Shown: positions 32,400-44,166 of the stretch, in pieces
How positions within the stretch are numbered: the first letter of the stretch is position 1
How the letters are laid out: every line of letters begins with the position of its first letter
Source of the DNA: a virus
Lineage: Duplodnaviria; Heunggongvirae; Uroviricota; Caudoviricetes
Length of the DNA stretch: 64,000 nucleotides
Reading direction: 5' to 3' (one strand)
IMG/VR virus record: IMGVR_UViG_2617271072_000004
Location: 1-64,000 of that record
Notes under the pieces: model-generated
Databases searched by the model: none
Told to the model about the DNA's origin: nothing
Seen by the model: only the letters and a program-made list of their open reading frames with translations
Translations under genes and position numbers: made by a program

Positions 32400-32637
32400 T
32401 AGTTTTGCCGCCGTTTCGTAATACGACTTTGGATTCACTATTTAATGTGTCTTCAGCGTTGTAGAGCGGCTCAGAAGGAAATGAGCAAACAGGGAAACCT
32501 TATACAACGGCATTACAGCTATGCATTGCTCATCTTACACACAGCGCAATGTTGTTAGATTACCCCAGCATGGATCATGGGTGAAACAGTAGGTCAGAGC
32601 TTCAGGCTCTGTGTTGTCAATACAGTGAGGCATAATT

Positions 32638-32847
32638 ATGGCTTTCATTCCACCAACCATCGACGACGTTAGACATTGCTCTAACGCTTTATCTGTAGAC
32701 CCCGCCGAAACCGACGCTGCCCGCGCCATTGCTGAACACTACTCAAAGATATCCAATCAGGAGTACCGCATCACCCAAGACGACCTGGATGATCTCACTG
32801 ACACAATCGAATATCTCATGGCCACTAACCAGCCAGACTCACAATAA
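32638..32847 (+). CDS. coi: C1 inactivator
   Basis: 69-aa ORF immediately upstream of c1. Confidence 0.75.
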   Translation: MAFIPPTIDDVRHCSNALSVDPAETDAARAIAEHYSKISNQEYRITQDDLDDLTDTIEYLMATNQPDSQ

Positions 32848-32957
32848 ATGCACTAATAAATCTATTATTTTCGTTGGATCCTTCTATAATGGTGGCCAAC
32901 AACTCCCAGTGTAATCCGCTGTGAGTTGTTGGCCATGTCAATTCTGGAGGAGGATCA

Positions 32958-33809
32958 ATGATAAATTATGTCTACGGCGAACAACTGTACCAGGAGTTCG
33001 TCAGCTTCAGGGATCTCTTTCTAAAAAAAGCTGTTGCACGCGCCCAACACGTTGATGCCGCCAGCGACGGTCGTCCTGTTCGCCCGGTTGTCGTTCTGCC
33101 GTTCAAAGAAACGGACAGCATTCAGGCTGAAATTGATAAATGGACTTTAATGGCGCGGGAACTGGAACAGTACCCAGACCTCAATATCCCAAAGACTATT
33201 TTATATCCAGTGCCTAACATCCTTCGCGGTGTGCGTAAGGTTACGACTTATCAGACAGAAGCTGTGAACAGCGTCAACATGACCGCTGGCCGCATTATTC
33301 ATCTGATTGATAAGGACATTCGCATCCAGAAAAGCGCGGGGATCAATGAGCACAGTGCGAAATACATAGAGAACCTGGAAGCAACAAAAGAGCTAATGAA
33401 GCAGTACCCGGAGGATGAAAAATTCCGTATGCGTGTACACGGCTTTAGCGAAACAATGCTGCGCGTCCACTACATTTCCAGTAGCCCTAACTACAATGAT
33501 GGTAAATCAGTTAGTTACCATGTGCCGCTGTGTGGTGTGTTTATCTGCGATGAAACTCTCCGTGATGGAATCATCATCAACGGTGAATTCGAGAAAGCAA
33601 AATTTAGCCTTTATGACTCTATAGAACCGATCATCTGCGACCGCTGGCCGCAGGCAAAAATATATCGCCTGGCAGATATTGAAAATGTAAAAAAACAAAT
33701 TGCCATCACTCGCGAAGAGAAAAAGGTCAAATCAGCCGCATCAGTTACGCGCAGCCGTAACACTAAGAAGGGGCAGCCAGTAAACGACAACCCCGAAAGC
33801 GCGCAATAG
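32958..33809 (+). CDS. c1: C1 primary repressor
   Basis: 283 aa starting MINYVYGEQLYQEF, recalled as P1 C1. Confidence 0.9.
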   Translation: MINYVYGEQLYQEFVSFRDLFLKKAVARAQHVDAASDGRPVRPVVVLPFKETDSIQAEIDKWTLMARELEQYPDLNIPKTILYPVPNILRGVRKVTTYQTEAVNSVNMTAGRIIHLIDKDIRIQKSAGINEHSAKYIENLEATKELMKQYPEDEKFRMRVHGFSETMLRVHYISSSPNYNDGKSVSYHVPLCGVFICDETLRDGIIINGEFEKAKFSLYDSIEPIICDRWPQAKIYRLADIENVKKQIAITREEKKVKSAASVTRSRNTKKGQPVNDNPESAQ

Positions 33810-33833
33810 TTTCTATCCGGCATGGTCAATGAG

Positions 33834-35318
33834 TTATTCATTAAGCCATGCCAGAGCTTCATCAACCTGCGCTTCGTCTTCGACGCTAAGCACTTCATCC
33901 TGGGGAACATAATCAGCCAGCATAGCGAAACAATATGTATCCCAATGGTCTGGTGAGTGCAGGTTGAGTTTTTTCTTCATATCCTCCTTACTCATCACCT
34001 TCCATTGACCTGCGGAGTTAATCCCTACAGGGATTTTCGACGCTTCCTCAATAGTTTCATTACCCTTATCCAGTCTCATACGACCAGATTTTACGGCCTC
34101 TGCGGCTTGAACGTTGGCATAAGCACGTTTATCAAAGTACAGGCTCTTATCTTCACGGCTATGCATCTTTTTACCCCAGCGTATACGCTGTACGGTAATA
34201 CCATAATACTCGTACATCAGATCCGCCGTTGCTTTACCCAGGCCATCGCCGTCTATCGCTATGGTGATATTGGGGAATCGCTCAGGATTACATTCTGCGA
34301 AAATTTTGGCGGCAAGCTGCGTTTCTGTAACGTCTGTGTATTCCAGCATTCGATAGTTGATTACACGGCGTTTATTTCGCTGGCCGGACACCATCATGAT
34401 ATTGATAACGGACTTATCCCGTCCCGTACCACCAGCAACGTCCACACATGCAAGCCAGCCCCATCCTTTTGCAATCTTGACTTTCCGCCGCGTTGCACGT
34501 TCAACCTCATCACGCCCAAGAAGGAAGCCATCCTGTGATTTAGGGAATAGGCCGCGTACCTTAATCATGTACATAGGGTTATCACGCCCGCCGTACTCCG
34601 CCAGCTTCATTTTGATAAATGCTGGCGTTACCAACGGTGATTCCTCACTGTTAAGCGTGATCGCCGTATAAACGCCATCAGGGTTACCAGGACGCTTGGC
34701 CAGTTTATGGTGTGTATCGTAGAAATAGCCGCTTGGGCGTGTAGGCTGTGACAGCAATAAGATGCGGTTATCCTGTCCGGTAAGAGCACCGGTGATGATA
34801 CCGAAAGCTCTATCACTGACACCGGAGGCTTCATCGATAATATACAGAAGATGATCTGCGTGTTCACCGGCGAGAGCTTCTTCACTTCCCAGACGAAAGC
34901 CCTTCGGTACTACAGTCCATACACCTTTACCAGTAATCTCATAGAAAGCGGTTTCTGTCAGAACAAAATAATCAGCAAGCCATGGGAAACGGCTGGTGGC
35001 AGTAGCCCAGTTTATCTTGATGTACTTGAATATACCGGTCATTACCTGCTGAATTTTGTTCGCAACGATAATGGCACGGGCACCTGGATACATGATTATG
35101 AACAACATGATCATGATAGAAGTCATGTCTGATTTCCCGGTACCGTGACCAGACGAAACAGATGTCTTGCTACCCTGTTCCTGCACAGACTCAATAATCA
35201 GATCCTGCTGCCAGGTAGGTGTTTTGCCGAACAAAACATCAGCGGCAGCAATCCAGTCATAACGATATAGCGCCACCAGCTCGCGCCAACGTGGATCCGT
35301 TACGCAACTTCTGGCCAT
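33834..35318 (-). CDS. pacB: terminase large subunit
   Basis: 494 aa; overlaps pacA stop; convergent with c1. Confidence 0.8.
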   Translation of the reverse strand: MARSCVTDPRWRELVALYRYDWIAAADVLFGKTPTWQQDLIIESVQEQGSKTSVSSGHGTGKSDMTSIMIMLFIIMYPGARAIIVANKIQQVMTGIFKYIKINWATATSRFPWLADYFVLTETAFYEITGKGVWTVVPKGFRLGSEEALAGEHADHLLYIIDEASGVSDRAFGIITGALTGQDNRILLLSQPTRPSGYFYDTHHKLAKRPGNPDGVYTAITLNSEESPLVTPAFIKMKLAEYGGRDNPMYMIKVRGLFPKSQDGFLLGRDEVERATRRKVKIAKGWGWLACVDVAGGTGRDKSVINIMMVSGQRNKRRVINYRMLEYTDVTETQLAAKIFAECNPERFPNITIAIDGDGLGKATADLMYEYYGITVQRIRWGKKMHSREDKSLYFDKRAYANVQAAEAVKSGRMRLDKGNETIEEASKIPVGINSAGQWKVMSKEDMKKKLNLHSPDHWDTYCFAMLADYVPQDEVLSVEDEAQVDEALAWLNE

Positions 35319-36511
35319 TAATCATCATCCCCGTATAGCTTGCGGGTAACTTCTTCGTCTTCCTCCTCGTCTTCGTCCAGGTCTTGTTCCAGCCATGGGT
35401 CGTTTGATACACCTTCAGTATCAACATCTCCATAACCGCCTGTATCAACGATATCGGCGATTTCTTCCCTACGCTGCTCAATCCACAATGCGGCATCGGC
35501 GCGGCGGTTGGCGGCCCGTTCTCGCGCAACTTTGTCCAGATCTTCAAGAGAAGGGCCACCGACGGCTGTTTGCCTTTCCTCATCATCGGTATTGGTCTTA
35601 GGAGCACGCAGATCGGCTTTGATTTGCTCCAGCATCAGGGGCGGTACTTTCCCTCCATGCGCCTCGATGAATTCAGCTGCCTCCAGCACTGACCAGTTGT
35701 TTTCACGCTTTCGTTCGTATGCCAGCTTAACAATGCCAGCTTGCCCCATAGACAAAGCGTGCTTTTCCGCCTCCCGGCTTTCTTTTCGATAGTTATTCCG
35801 GATGCTGTAAATGGTGTTGATCAGGCTGCTTATCTGCGCGGAACAGCTGTTTAGCATGCTCGCGATACGGTATTCAGGCGGAGTTCCTTCATCATCGTCT
35901 TTTTGCTGATCGCGCATTTCCTGAACCAAGCGAATACACGTATCCCTGGCGTTCTCCAGCATAAGGAGATGAGAGAGAGACTTTTCCAGAAGAGTGGTTT
36001 CCAGAACATCAGCCCCGGACCGACGCAACATAGCGCGCGCGGCCTTCCGCGCTTCAACGTTATCTATCAGGTAATCGCCAGCTTCGAATTCAAAGCGTTC
36101 ACCATCATCATCCAGGGTGTCGCGTTCCAGGCGATCACGTAAGGTCCGGTGGGCGCGGGTGATCACGTCATGATCATCAGAACGATCATTTATGCGCTTA
36201 TTCTGGCGCTTCGCGTTCTCGACTGCGGCACTGACAACAGCATTAACTCTTTGTTTTTCAGCCATTTCAGCCACAATGTGATCACCTGCACGTTGATCAT
36301 TAGCGTGATCAATGATCATGCTTTTTAGTGGTTTTCTGACAGGCTTATTTGGCTTACGGCTGTCCGCTGTTCCGGTGTCTTCTTTGAATGCACGGAGATA
36401 ACGACGTGCGGTGTTTGGGTTGAGATTAAACTCGGCGGCATATTGTGCGATGGTGTAACCACCATCTCGCGCCAGGCGAGCAAAATTCTTCTTGTGATCG
36501 TCCCAGGTCAC
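35318..36511 (-). CDS. pacA: terminase small subunit
   Basis: 397 aa with acidic C-terminus; contains the pac site. Confidence 0.8.
   Translation of the reverse strand: MTWDDHKKNFARLARDGGYTIAQYAAEFNLNPNTARRYLRAFKEDTGTADSRKPNKPVRKPLKSMIIDHANDQRAGDHIVAEMAEKQRVNAVVSAAVENAKRQNKRINDRSDDHDVITRAHRTLRDRLERDTLDDDGERFEFEAGDYLIDNVEARKAARAMLRRSGADVLETTLLEKSLSHLLMLENARDTCIRLVQEMRDQQKDDDEGTPPEYRIASMLNSCSAQISSLINTIYSIRNNYRKESREAEKHALSMGQAGIVKLAYERKRENNWSVLEAAEFIEAHGGKVPPLMLEQIKADLRAPKTNTDDEERQTAVGGPSLEDLDKVARERAANRRADAALWIEQRREEIADIVDTGGYGDVDTEGVSNDPWLEQDLDEDEEEDEEVTRKLYGDDD
36158..36320. other. pac packaging site
   Basis: Two clusters of GATC-containing hexamers (36161-36189 and 36280-36319) about 100 bp apart. 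Confidence 0.75.
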
Positions 36512-36597
36512 TTATGCTTCCTTTCGTATAAAACTCTTTTTGACGCGAGGGTAACGAAAGTCACATGTCAAAAGGCCCGGAACGGGCAAGCAATCAA

Positions 36598-37050
36598 TCA
36601 GATACGTGCGGATGTGGCATTACCGTAATGACGGTGCTGACGGACCACCTTATTGAAAAGTTGACGCGCCATCACCCAAGGCTGGTGCTCCCGGCGTTCC
36701 TTTTCGTCCTGCGTCATATAGAGTTCGTTCTGGAGTTTTTCATCAAACCGGCGCGGAGCGCGGCTGCGGCGAAAGAATTCAGGATTCAGAGAGTGGATCT
36801 GAAATCTACGTGGGCGTGTACTGTCATCAATCAAAACAGACGAATACTTAGACACAGCGATAGCCTTTAAGCGCAGATAAACATCGCGCTTATCGACATC
36901 CAGATGCGGGTATTCCTTTTCAAGAATTGCTGCGAGTTCTTTCGCTGATAGAAGAGATTTAGTGCGGATCATGTAATCCGCAATCTCGTACGATGTTATT
37001 CGTGAGTGATTTATTTCCATGAAGTGGCGTCCCTGCCAGTTAAGTAACAT
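36598..37050 (-). CDS. lpa: late promoter activator
   Basis: 150-aa ORF upstream of pacA; operator-like site upstream. Confidence 0.65.
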   Translation of the reverse strand: MLLNWQGRHFMEINHSRITSYEIADYMIRTKSLLSAKELAAILEKEYPHLDVDKRDVYLRLKAIAVSKYSSVLIDDSTRPRRFQIHSLNPEFFRRSRAPRRFDEKLQNELYMTQDEKERREHQPWVMARQLFNKVVRQHRHYGNATSARI

Positions 37051-37120
37051 CCTGTCACCTACTGATTAGCCCATGTCAACTAATCAACGTGGAATATAAT
37101 ACCCTCGATTAAAGAAATAG

Positions 37121-37137
37121 CAATACATTAGAGCAAT
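37121..37137 (-). promoter_or_regulatory. C1 operator-like site upstream of lpa
   Basis: Contains reverse complement of ATTGCTCTAATG. Confidence 0.5.
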
Positions 37138-37138
37138 T

Positions 37139-38182
37139 TTATCTAACGCTCGACGAGTGACTTGTGATAGCGCCGACTCCAAGCGCGTAATCAAAGAACA
37201 ATCGTTGATGCATCGCCAGCCTACCGTGCGTCTTCTCCCAATTATCGCGGTCACGCTCAATATCACGCTGGCATGACTGGCACAGAGGAATAGCATAAAT
37301 GTCATGCGCGCATAATCGACTATGACGAACGATATAAGGCGTAATGTGAGCGCCAGCTCCCGCAGCTCCACAGCCACAGCATGGACGGGAAGCCACAAAG
37401 TCCATGTACTCGGGCAATTTTAGCGATTGAAGTTTTGGTATTTTGAAATGCGCCATACCTGGGTCGGAGTCAACATCCACAGGGCATACTTTTGCACGCA
37501 TCGGCGCGGCGCGTTCTTCCATCATCTGAACATATGCTGTAGCGCGATCGTCATACGGGCGAATATCCGCCTCTTTCAGAGGTCCGCTATCCTGCGGAGT
37601 AGCCTTCATCTTATTTATTGATATGCGGCAGACTTCTTCCGGCATCAGGTGCATCATGTTGCGCATGAAAGCCCACCAGCACAGCTCCTGAATACTTAAA
37701 TCATGGCTATTTGAAAGGCCCATTTCCTGACGGGCGACATCCAGTATCCAGTTAACGCGATTATTGTGCAGCGTTTCTTTCAGCTCATTAAAACCACGCA
37801 TCCGGTAATGGTTATCGTGATGCCAGCACAACAACACCGCGCTATTGTCTCGTTCAGCGTGGACAATATGGTTGTCACACCAACTACGATCTGCGGCCTG
37901 GCATTGACCCTCTTTCCTACGCAACCACGCCACCAGCGCGTCAATTCCACCAATACGGCGAAACAGTTCATCGCTGTTAAAAAACGGCTGCAACGCCTCA
38001 TTTGTTGCCATGGTTTGCTCGGTAACAACGAGGCCGTCTTCCATGTGCTCGATTAACTCACGCGGCACCGGCTCCATGATAAATTTACGGCCAGCCTCCA
38101 CCAGTTTTCTGACCTCCTGATCCACTTTGAACGTGGCGAGGCCAAGCTCTTTCTGTACAAAGGGAGTAATTACGGCTTTCAC
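37139..38182 (-). CDS. hypothetical Cys-rich protein
   Basis: 347 aa with CCGCGAAG...CQSCQ cluster. Confidence 0.5.
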   Translation of the reverse strand: MKAVITPFVQKELGLATFKVDQEVRKLVEAGRKFIMEPVPRELIEHMEDGLVVTEQTMATNEALQPFFNSDELFRRIGGIDALVAWLRRKEGQCQAADRSWCDNHIVHAERDNSAVLLCWHHDNHYRMRGFNELKETLHNNRVNWILDVARQEMGLSNSHDLSIQELCWWAFMRNMMHLMPEEVCRISINKMKATPQDSGPLKEADIRPYDDRATAYVQMMEERAAPMRAKVCPVDVDSDPGMAHFKIPKLQSLKLPEYMDFVASRPCCGCGAAGAGAHITPYIVRHSRLCAHDIYAIPLCQSCQRDIERDRDNWEKTHGRLAMHQRLFFDYALGVGAITSHSSSVR

Positions 38183-38209
38183 ATCACACCTTTAATCACT
38201 GATTGGGCT

Positions 38210-38410
38210 TTATCTGCTGCCCGGCATTCTCTGTTTAAGCACAACCATTTCCTGACGGCATAACACAGCAATAGCGGTCCTGACTCCAATTTGCTTACCA
38301 ACCAGGTATTGCTTTACCTTGCGGCGACTCACGCCATCAAGAAGCATCTTTAACGCTTCAAGGGACAATTTGTTGTATTTGCGTGCCATTAATCTACTCC
38401 GCAGAACCAT
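38210..38410 (-). CDS. small hypothetical protein
   Basis: 66-aa ORF overlapping doc 3' end. Confidence 0.3.
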
Positions 38411-38774
38411 ACAATCTACGTAACGTGTCGGCGACAGAAGATACAGATATCTCGCCAGTCGCAGCGCCTACAGTAAGGTCTGCCAGTTCAGGTGAATCAA
38501 ATACCTGCACCCCGTTACGGCGTAGAAATAGCAGCGCGCTGTTTAGCGCGGTACGCTTATTGGCATCATTGAATATATGCCCTCTCGCTGTAGCCACCAG
38601 GTAGGTGGCGGAGACTTCGAAAAGGTCGGTGATCTCTTCGTAGGCAACTCTGGCCTGAACTCTCCCGATAATGGCCTCTGCCCTGCCCGGATCTGACATG
38701 CCAGGCAGGCCGCCGTAGCGGCTTATATTCGCATCATGAAGCGCAATAAGTTCTTCCGGTGATATATGCCTCAT
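38394..38774 (-). CDS. doc: Doc toxin (Fic-fold kinase)
   Basis: 126 aa [37 protein letters not shown]... Confidence 0.95.
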
Positions 38775-38995
38775 TATCGGTTAACCAGTTCCTTGTTGGT
38801 GGAGTCCAGGGTGTCAAACAGGGATGCAAATTCAGCATCCAGCGCCGCTTTTTTGTAGGCTTCGAAAGTAGCCTTGCTGACAATTACTGCTGGCTCACGG
38901 CCTCTGCGGGTGATTTCAACCTCTTCCCCGGCTTCAACATTGTTGAGCACTTCAGAAAGGTTGCCGCGCGCGGTACGGAAGTTAATGGATTGCAT
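38774..38995 (-). CDS. phd: Phd antitoxin
   Basis: 73 aa [35 protein letters not shown]...; stop overlaps doc start. Confidence 0.95.
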
Positions 38996-39067
38996 AAACA
39001 CCTCGTGTACTCGTTATGTGTACACAATTATAAACCTCACAGGCATAAAGCACCAGCCCTTTGCAGC

Positions 39068-39457
39068 TTAAATAACCGGACAATCATCAAACTCCCCACT
39101 TCGGGCATCATTGATGACATGAGTGATCACACCAAAAACAGCATTACTGCCCGTGCATCCATCGTCATCTACTGGTAACGCCTCTTTCTTCCCGGTGCTT
39201 AAATCCTCCAGGTGCTGGCGCGGATACTTCCTGTATCTCTTTATGCGATATTCACCCTCCATAGCGCACACAAGCAGCGAACCATCAACTGGAGTAAGCG
39301 AAGAATCAACCACCAGCAAAGCACCCTGCAATATTCCCTCACGGTGATGGCTATCAGCTGCCCGCATGAAGTAGGTTGCTGATGGATGTCTAATTATCTG
39401 CTGATCAAGAGAAATTCGGCTTTCAACATAATCCGCCGCAGGAGAAGGGAAGCCCAT
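39068..39457 (-). CDS. humD: UmuD-like SOS mutagenesis protein
   Basis: 129-aa ORF with LexA box directly upstream. Confidence 0.8.
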   Translation of the reverse strand: MGFPSPAADYVESRISLDQQIIRHPSATYFMRAADSHHREGILQGALLVVDSSLTPVDGSLLVCAMEGEYRIKRYRKYPRQHLEDLSTGKKEALPVDDDGCTGSNAVFGVITHVINDARSGEFDDCPVI

Positions 39458-39475
39458 AGCGTTTTACCTCAATGA

Positions 39476-39495
39476 TACTGTTTATTCATACAGTA
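39476..39495. promoter_or_regulatory. LexA (SOS) box upstream of humD
   Basis: TACTGTTTATTCATACAGTA, perfect CTGT-N8-ACAG. Confidence 0.8.
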
Positions 39496-39580
39496 TACAT
39501 TGAAAAGGCATAGTTTGTGAAAGCGGGGTTTGTAGGCGCGCCACGCTGGGGGCTAATCACATTTCTCCCCCATCTTGCCG

Positions 39581-39832
39581 TTATTTTTTTGGTGCATCCT
39601 CGTTCTGATACACCGGATCGCTCCCTTTTGGCAACTGGAGGCTTAACTGCCGGTAGTGCCGTAGCCGTTCCATGAAATAGGCGCGCAGGTTTTCCGGTTG
39701 CTCACGGGCCACCTGCTCTGCAATCACAGGTATATTCAGCCGTTCTTTGTAAGCAACGCCGCTGGCGGCAAGGTCTACGTTCACCTTGTCTCGCTCTTCC
39801 TGGCTTTTAGCTGCTATATTTCGATCTGACAC
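39581..39832 (-). CDS. hot: homologue of DNA polymerase III theta subunit
   Basis: 83 aa; [36 protein letters not shown] parallels E. coli HolE. Confidence 0.85.
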   Translation of the reverse strand: MSDRNIAAKSQEERDKVNVDLAASGVAYKERLNIPVIAEQVAREQPENLRAYFMERLRHYRQLSLQLPKGSDPVYQNEDAPKK

Positions 39833-39864
39833 AAGAAACCTCCAGGAGTTAGTGGATCAGGCAC

Positions 39865-40215
39865 ATGCACAATAACGTTCTCAATGTTAGCCGTTCAATT
39901 CAGACAATCAGAGACTGCACCAGTGTGGTGGCATCAATCCCATTGCGAAACAGCATAGACGAACTGCAAATTCGTGTATTGAATCCGAATCAGGCTAATA
40001 AGCAATTGCGCTTTATTTTGACGCTGAAAAGTGAAACAGAGGGGATAAAGCACAGCGTAAAAGTGTTTTCTGAGGCCATTCTGCTTAATGGGAAGCTCCG
40101 GCATCTGGTAAGGCCAGAACGTCAATATCCTGACGTCCTGGCGCGTGAAAAAGACCTTCTTTCTGAAGTTCAGGATAGGGTGATCGATTTCGTCAAATGC
40201 TATCCCCTGCATTGA
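39865..40215 (+). CDS. hypothetical protein
   Basis: 116-aa ORF. Confidence 0.4.
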   Translation: MHNNVLNVSRSIQTIRDCTSVVASIPLRNSIDELQIRVLNPNQANKQLRFILTLKSETEGIKHSVKVFSEAILLNGKLRHLVRPERQYPDVLAREKDLLSEVQDRVIDFVKCYPLH

Positions 40216-40415
40216 GGGCAGGTGTTCCCTTCCGCAAAGTAGGGAAAATTGCTATCAAGTTCATCACACCATCTGCGATGGTCGTAGCACCAAAAAGCCT
40301 CCCACGGTAAACCAAAAGACTTCATCCACTGGGACACTCGATCTAGTATATCTGCTGGTGGCAGTTCTTCTGGCAATAATTTGCCTGATAATTCCCTTTC
40401 CGCCCGCGACAGCAT
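40200..40415 (-). CDS. hypothetical small protein
   Basis: 71-aa ORF. Confidence 0.3.
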   Translation of the reverse strand: MLSRAERELSGKLLPEELPPADILDRVSQWMKSFGLPWEAFWCYDHRRWCDELDSNFPYFAEGNTCPQCRG

Positions 40416-40466
40416 TTTTTTGAGGCTCGCGTTCTCTTTTTCAGCTCATCTACGCGCACCTGTAAT

Positions 40467-41117
40467 TCAGCTTTCGTTGGCATGGTCCACCTCATGCTTT
40501 TCAGCCACCAGCGGCAATAAAGCCCTGGCCATCTTATGAACCAATAGTGCATCAATAATGCCAAGCGTATGCCCCGGCTTAATGTTTAATGCCGCCTCAA
40601 GGTGACACCTTTCCAGGTCACTTTTCTCGGCTTGTTTATGATGATCTGGTGTAATAACGTCGCCCAAAACACGGCTAATTCTTTCTCGTAATTGCTGGGT
40701 GCCAGCACACTTGATCGCTGTATCGTGGAGACGGTTAACCAGTTCGCGATAAACATGCGGCTTAATGCGGATACGTTCACCGGTGACGCCCTTTCCTGGC
40801 GCTGGCACCGAACTATCCGGAATATCCGGATAGTTGCCAGCCTCGTAAGCTACCCGCAGCCAGTGCATGAATGTTTCAGTGGACACACAACCACAGTCCA
40901 CATCGATTTTTCCGCGTTGCTGTTCCAGCCAATGCTCAAAATTCAATCTACACGTATTACTTTCATGTTGCTCTTTTTGTCTCAAGGCCAGCATCTGCTG
41001 GGCTATTTCCAATACTTCATCTGCCGTATATCCAGCACCGTGACCATACATTTCGATACGGGAAATAATCTCTGATATGCGCTCTTCAGTGATTCTGGTC
41101 ATTTCTTTTTGCGCCAT
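40467..41117 (-). CDS. hypothetical protein
   Basis: 216-aa ORF. Confidence 0.5.
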   Translation of the reverse strand: MAQKEMTRITEERISEIISRIEMYGHGAGYTADEVLEIAQQMLALRQKEQHESNTCRLNFEHWLEQQRGKIDVDCGCVSTETFMHWLRVAYEAGNYPDIPDSSVPAPGKGVTGERIRIKPHVYRELVNRLHDTAIKCAGTQQLRERISRVLGDVITPDHHKQAEKSDLERCHLEAALNIKPGHTLGIIDALLVHKMARALLPLVAEKHEVDHANES

Positions 41118-41473
41118 TTCTTTTCACATTCCTTAGTCCATTCTTCAATGTTCATTTTGGCAATATCAGTCATTCCATCACCTAAGAAATACTTTTTCCG
41201 GTATGTCTTGCACTTAAACCACACTACAACAGCCACCAGCCAGAAAATAAAAGGCCATACAGCAATACCAACGACAGCCGCGATAAAGCCCAATAGCCAT
41301 AAATGAAGCTCTCCAACTTCTGTTTCCGGCAATATTCTTAAAGAATTAAACAGCAGGATGAACGAATGGTCGTATGCATTGGCAGTATAAGACATGCAAT
41401 CCATATAATTAAAGTCATAGCCTGCGGCTGCCGCCCATAATGGGCGGTCAAGAAAATGTTTTAGTGTCATCAT
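41099..41473 (-). CDS. hypothetical membrane protein
   Basis: 124 aa with hydrophobic segment. Confidence 0.45.
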   Translation of the reverse strand: MMTLKHFLDRPLWAAAAGYDFNYMDCMSYTANAYDHSFILLFNSLRILPETEVGELHLWLLGFIAAVVGIAVWPFIFWLVAVVVWFKCKTYRKKYFLGDGMTDIAKMNIEEWTKECEKKWRKKK

Positions 41474-41479
41474 ATAAAT

Positions 41480-41869
41480 TTAAGGTTCAGACCAGTTATC
41501 TTCAATAGCAATGCTTAATCTTTGTAGCCATTCTGCTAATTTCAGCATTGCTTCTCTTTCGCTTAAACCACGAGGAAAATCATCAAGCGAAATTGTTGGC
41601 TTGAATCCCCCGCAATTATCCATTTCAACTGTCAGATTTTGTTCCAGCACGGTATTTCTTACGCGGCTATTGTGCCGGAGCAAATATACTGAGCGTGATT
41701 TATTGGTTTTGTGGTCTAGCTTATATTCGGTAAGTATCATCTGGCTTTTGCCATGATTATTACCTCTCCACATACTTACCTCACTTAATAAAACAACTCC
41801 ATGCGTAGTTGATGATTTTTTCCCACGTAATATAAATCTGCACTCCGGCAGTAAAACCAAAGCCAACAA
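41480..41869 (-). CDS. hypothetical protein
   Basis: 129-aa ORF. Confidence 0.4.
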   Translation of the reverse strand: MLALVLLPECRFILRGKKSSTTHGVVLLSEVSMWRGNNHGKSQMILTEYKLDHKTNKSRSVYLLRHNSRVRNTVLEQNLTVEMDNCGGFKPTISLDDFPRGLSEREAMLKLAEWLQRLSIAIEDNWSEP

Positions 41870-41952
41870 TTGCTGAAAAAATCAAAAACATTTACTTTTG
41901 ACATTATAAATTTTCTCTCGGTGTCGTAGGTGATAGCACCATAATTGATAAT

Positions 41953-42189
41953 TTAGTGAGTTAGCAGTTCCAGTTCATTTTTGATGATTTCCGCATGAGC
42001 ATCATCGTTATCAACACTTAGCTCGTTTAATGCTTCTCGCACTACATCAACTTCTTCAGGCTGAAAGAAGTCGTCGCGGTAATCACCAAATAGAACCGAA
42101 ACCAGCCTGCCACCAGCAACATCAAGATTGGCGCTAACAGGTGGCTCTTTGCCATCCTCAAATTCGACTACAAAAGTTAATTTTCCCAT
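41953..42189 (-). CDS. hypothetical small acidic protein
   Basis: 78-aa ORF. Confidence 0.4.
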   Translation of the reverse strand: MGKLTFVVEFEDGKEPPVSANLDVAGGRLVSVLFGDYRDDFFQPEEVDVVREALNELSVDNDDAHAEIIKNELELLTH

Positions 42190-42265
42190 CGTTACCCCCA
42201 GAAGATAAAAATAGCGGCAATCGCCATAGCTACGCCTACAATCGCAAATGCTTCAGGCCAGCTTA

Positions 42266-43465
42266 TTACCTCACCTCCAGTCTCCATACCGCCTGACCAA
42301 TCCGGCTGGCATGGGTATCTTTGGATACTGTTCCATCTTTAGCCAGCTCCATAAGAATTTTGCGCAAATCTGCCGACCGCCATTCTTCATCAGGAAATTC
42401 CTTCTCCATTGCCAACCGCAGATTCCAGGTTGCCATCCTGAATGGATATTCCCCGCCGAGAGCTTTATCTTGCAGGGCAGCCCGGGAACGCATCACCTGC
42501 AAAACCTTCTCTTTTACATCCATCATTTCGCCTCCTGCGGCGGTTCTGGTAGCGGCATCCAGAACAAGGCGTTCCCTACCCTGAAGCATGGCAGCGTGGC
42601 AGGCATCCTCTACGCCTTTAACTGCATCTGCGCAGTAGTTATAGCGATTGCATTCCACTAACTTCTGCTTGAGATTTTCAATTGCTTGCGCGACATCATC
42701 CTGTATTTCCGGAACTGGCGGAACGGCTGTCTGCTGCTCTCGAACGTCATTAGTCGCTATCGGTTCTGCTGCCAACTGACTGGCATATTTGTTAATGGTA
42801 ACGATAAGCTCTTGCTCAGCCTCATCCAGACAATCACCGATACCTCGCCTGTCACCGTCAAAATCATCGAAATCGGCACGAATCCTGGCAACCTTCAGGA
42901 TTGCGGACAACACCTCACTAGGAATTGCCGGATAGTTGGTTGACGTTTCCGCGATTTCCCGAAAATTATTGGTTGACGAATTCTTGTTTTCCCGAAAGTT
43001 TCCGGACTGAAGCATGGCGGCGCGGCAGGCGTTAAGCGCGTTTTGCACGCGTTTAGCGTTCTGTACTTCGTATTTAGGTGCGGCTGCCAATGCCCATAGC
43101 CAACCAATTTCATAGCTATCAGCTTTTGATAGAGCACATTCCATTTCCAGTGTTATTTTCTTAGGTACGAGTTGCCAATCATCTGGCACTACCGGTGCTG
43201 GCAGCTCGCGATACAGCGAGATTACACGACGCGGGTCCGCATATTTATCTGGCGGACACTGAAATATCTCACCGAAACCATACTTCCTGACATCGCGCAG
43301 TTCCTCTTCATCAGTCCATGCCACCGGTTCTGCTTCCAGCGATGCCAGAGCAATCCGTGCCAGCTCTTCCGCTTCTTCTGCTGGCAGTACAACGTTGCTA
43401 CCAGGTCCGTATGTTTCGCGCCACTGCTTGATTGTCAGCAGTCGCTCTTTGGTAATAGTGATCAT
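42266..43465 (-). CDS. hypothetical protein
   Basis: 399-aa ORF. Confidence 0.5.
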   Translation of the reverse strand: MITITKERLLTIKQWRETYGPGSNVVLPAEEAEELARIALASLEAEPVAWTDEEELRDVRKYGFGEIFQCPPDKYADPRRVISLYRELPAPVVPDDWQLVPKKITLEMECALSKADSYEIGWLWALAAAPKYEVQNAKRVQNALNACRAAMLQSGNFRENKNSSTNNFREIAETSTNYPAIPSEVLSAILKVARIRADFDDFDGDRRGIGDCLDEAEQELIVTINKYASQLAAEPIATNDVREQQTAVPPVPEIQDDVAQAIENLKQKLVECNRYNYCADAVKGVEDACHAAMLQGRERLVLDAATRTAAGGEMMDVKEKVLQVMRSRAALQDKALGGEYPFRMATWNLRLAMEKEFPDEEWRSADLRKILMELAKDGTVSKDTHASRIGQAVWRLEVR

Positions 43466-44166
43466 GCCGCGTTTCCTTCTTTCTTATTAACAATTACACC
43501 GTCATATATTTCATTAAGGTGCCCTCTCAACTCCATGCGCCTTAATGCAGATAACATGTAATCGCATTCAACCTGCTTATTTCCAGTAAATGGCTTATCG
43601 TCAGGATTACCCCAACAGCAATTACCCTTGGGCCACCCATGTACTTTCCGTACTCTTCCGTTAACAACGTGAAGTAATCCCCAGCCAGGTGGTAAATCCT
43701 CAATTGAAATAATTCCCGGCTCACTAATAAAGAATCGCCAGTCGCCCATGCCAAGTGAGGGATTTTTACGGAAACGCTTTTTTCTATCTGCCAACAAGTC
43801 AGCACGAGAACACTTCGCCTCTATCAGGCATGATGCTGAATTTCTGAACCCCATAGCATCTGGCTGTTCTCCGGTACTGGTTACAGCTATAAAGCGGTCA
43901 TGAAAACAAACCTTGAACCCGTTGCGCTTAAGGAACTTGTACGCAATTTGACAGAGTTCGCGGTGTGTTAACGCCATATCACTCTCCTTTAGTGCGCAAA
44001 TGGTTTTTCCAGCGGTTTTGCGCCGCGCTGGGCTTTTGCAAAAACCACAATCCATCATCCCGTAATATTTCATCAACCCCATCCGTCGGTTGCTGAGTCT
44101 CACCCACTGCCAGACGCCAGGAGCGTTTCTACGAACTAACAGAATCTTTGCTTTACGGTTTTTCAT
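43462..44166 (-). CDS. hypothetical protein, possible nuclease-like fold
   Basis: 234-aa ORF; true start may be internal (MALTHRELCQ). Confidence 0.45.
   Translation of the reverse strand: MKNRKAKILLVRRNAPGVWQWVRLSNRRMGLMKYYGMMDCGFCKSPARRKTAGKTICALKESDMALTHRELCQIAYKFLKRNGFKVCFHDRFIAVTSTGEQPDAMGFRNSASCLIEAKCSRADLLADRKKRFRKNPSLGMGDWRFFISEPGIISIEDLPPGWGLLHVVNGRVRKVHGWPKGNCCWGNPDDKPFTGNKQVECDYMLSALRRMELRGHLNEIYDGVIVNKKEGNAA

Noticed and set aside
33957-34885. Plus-strand ORFs inside pacB and antisense ORFs in pacA, ddrB and the portal gene
   Set aside because: Overlap recognised genes; no RBS or conservation argument.
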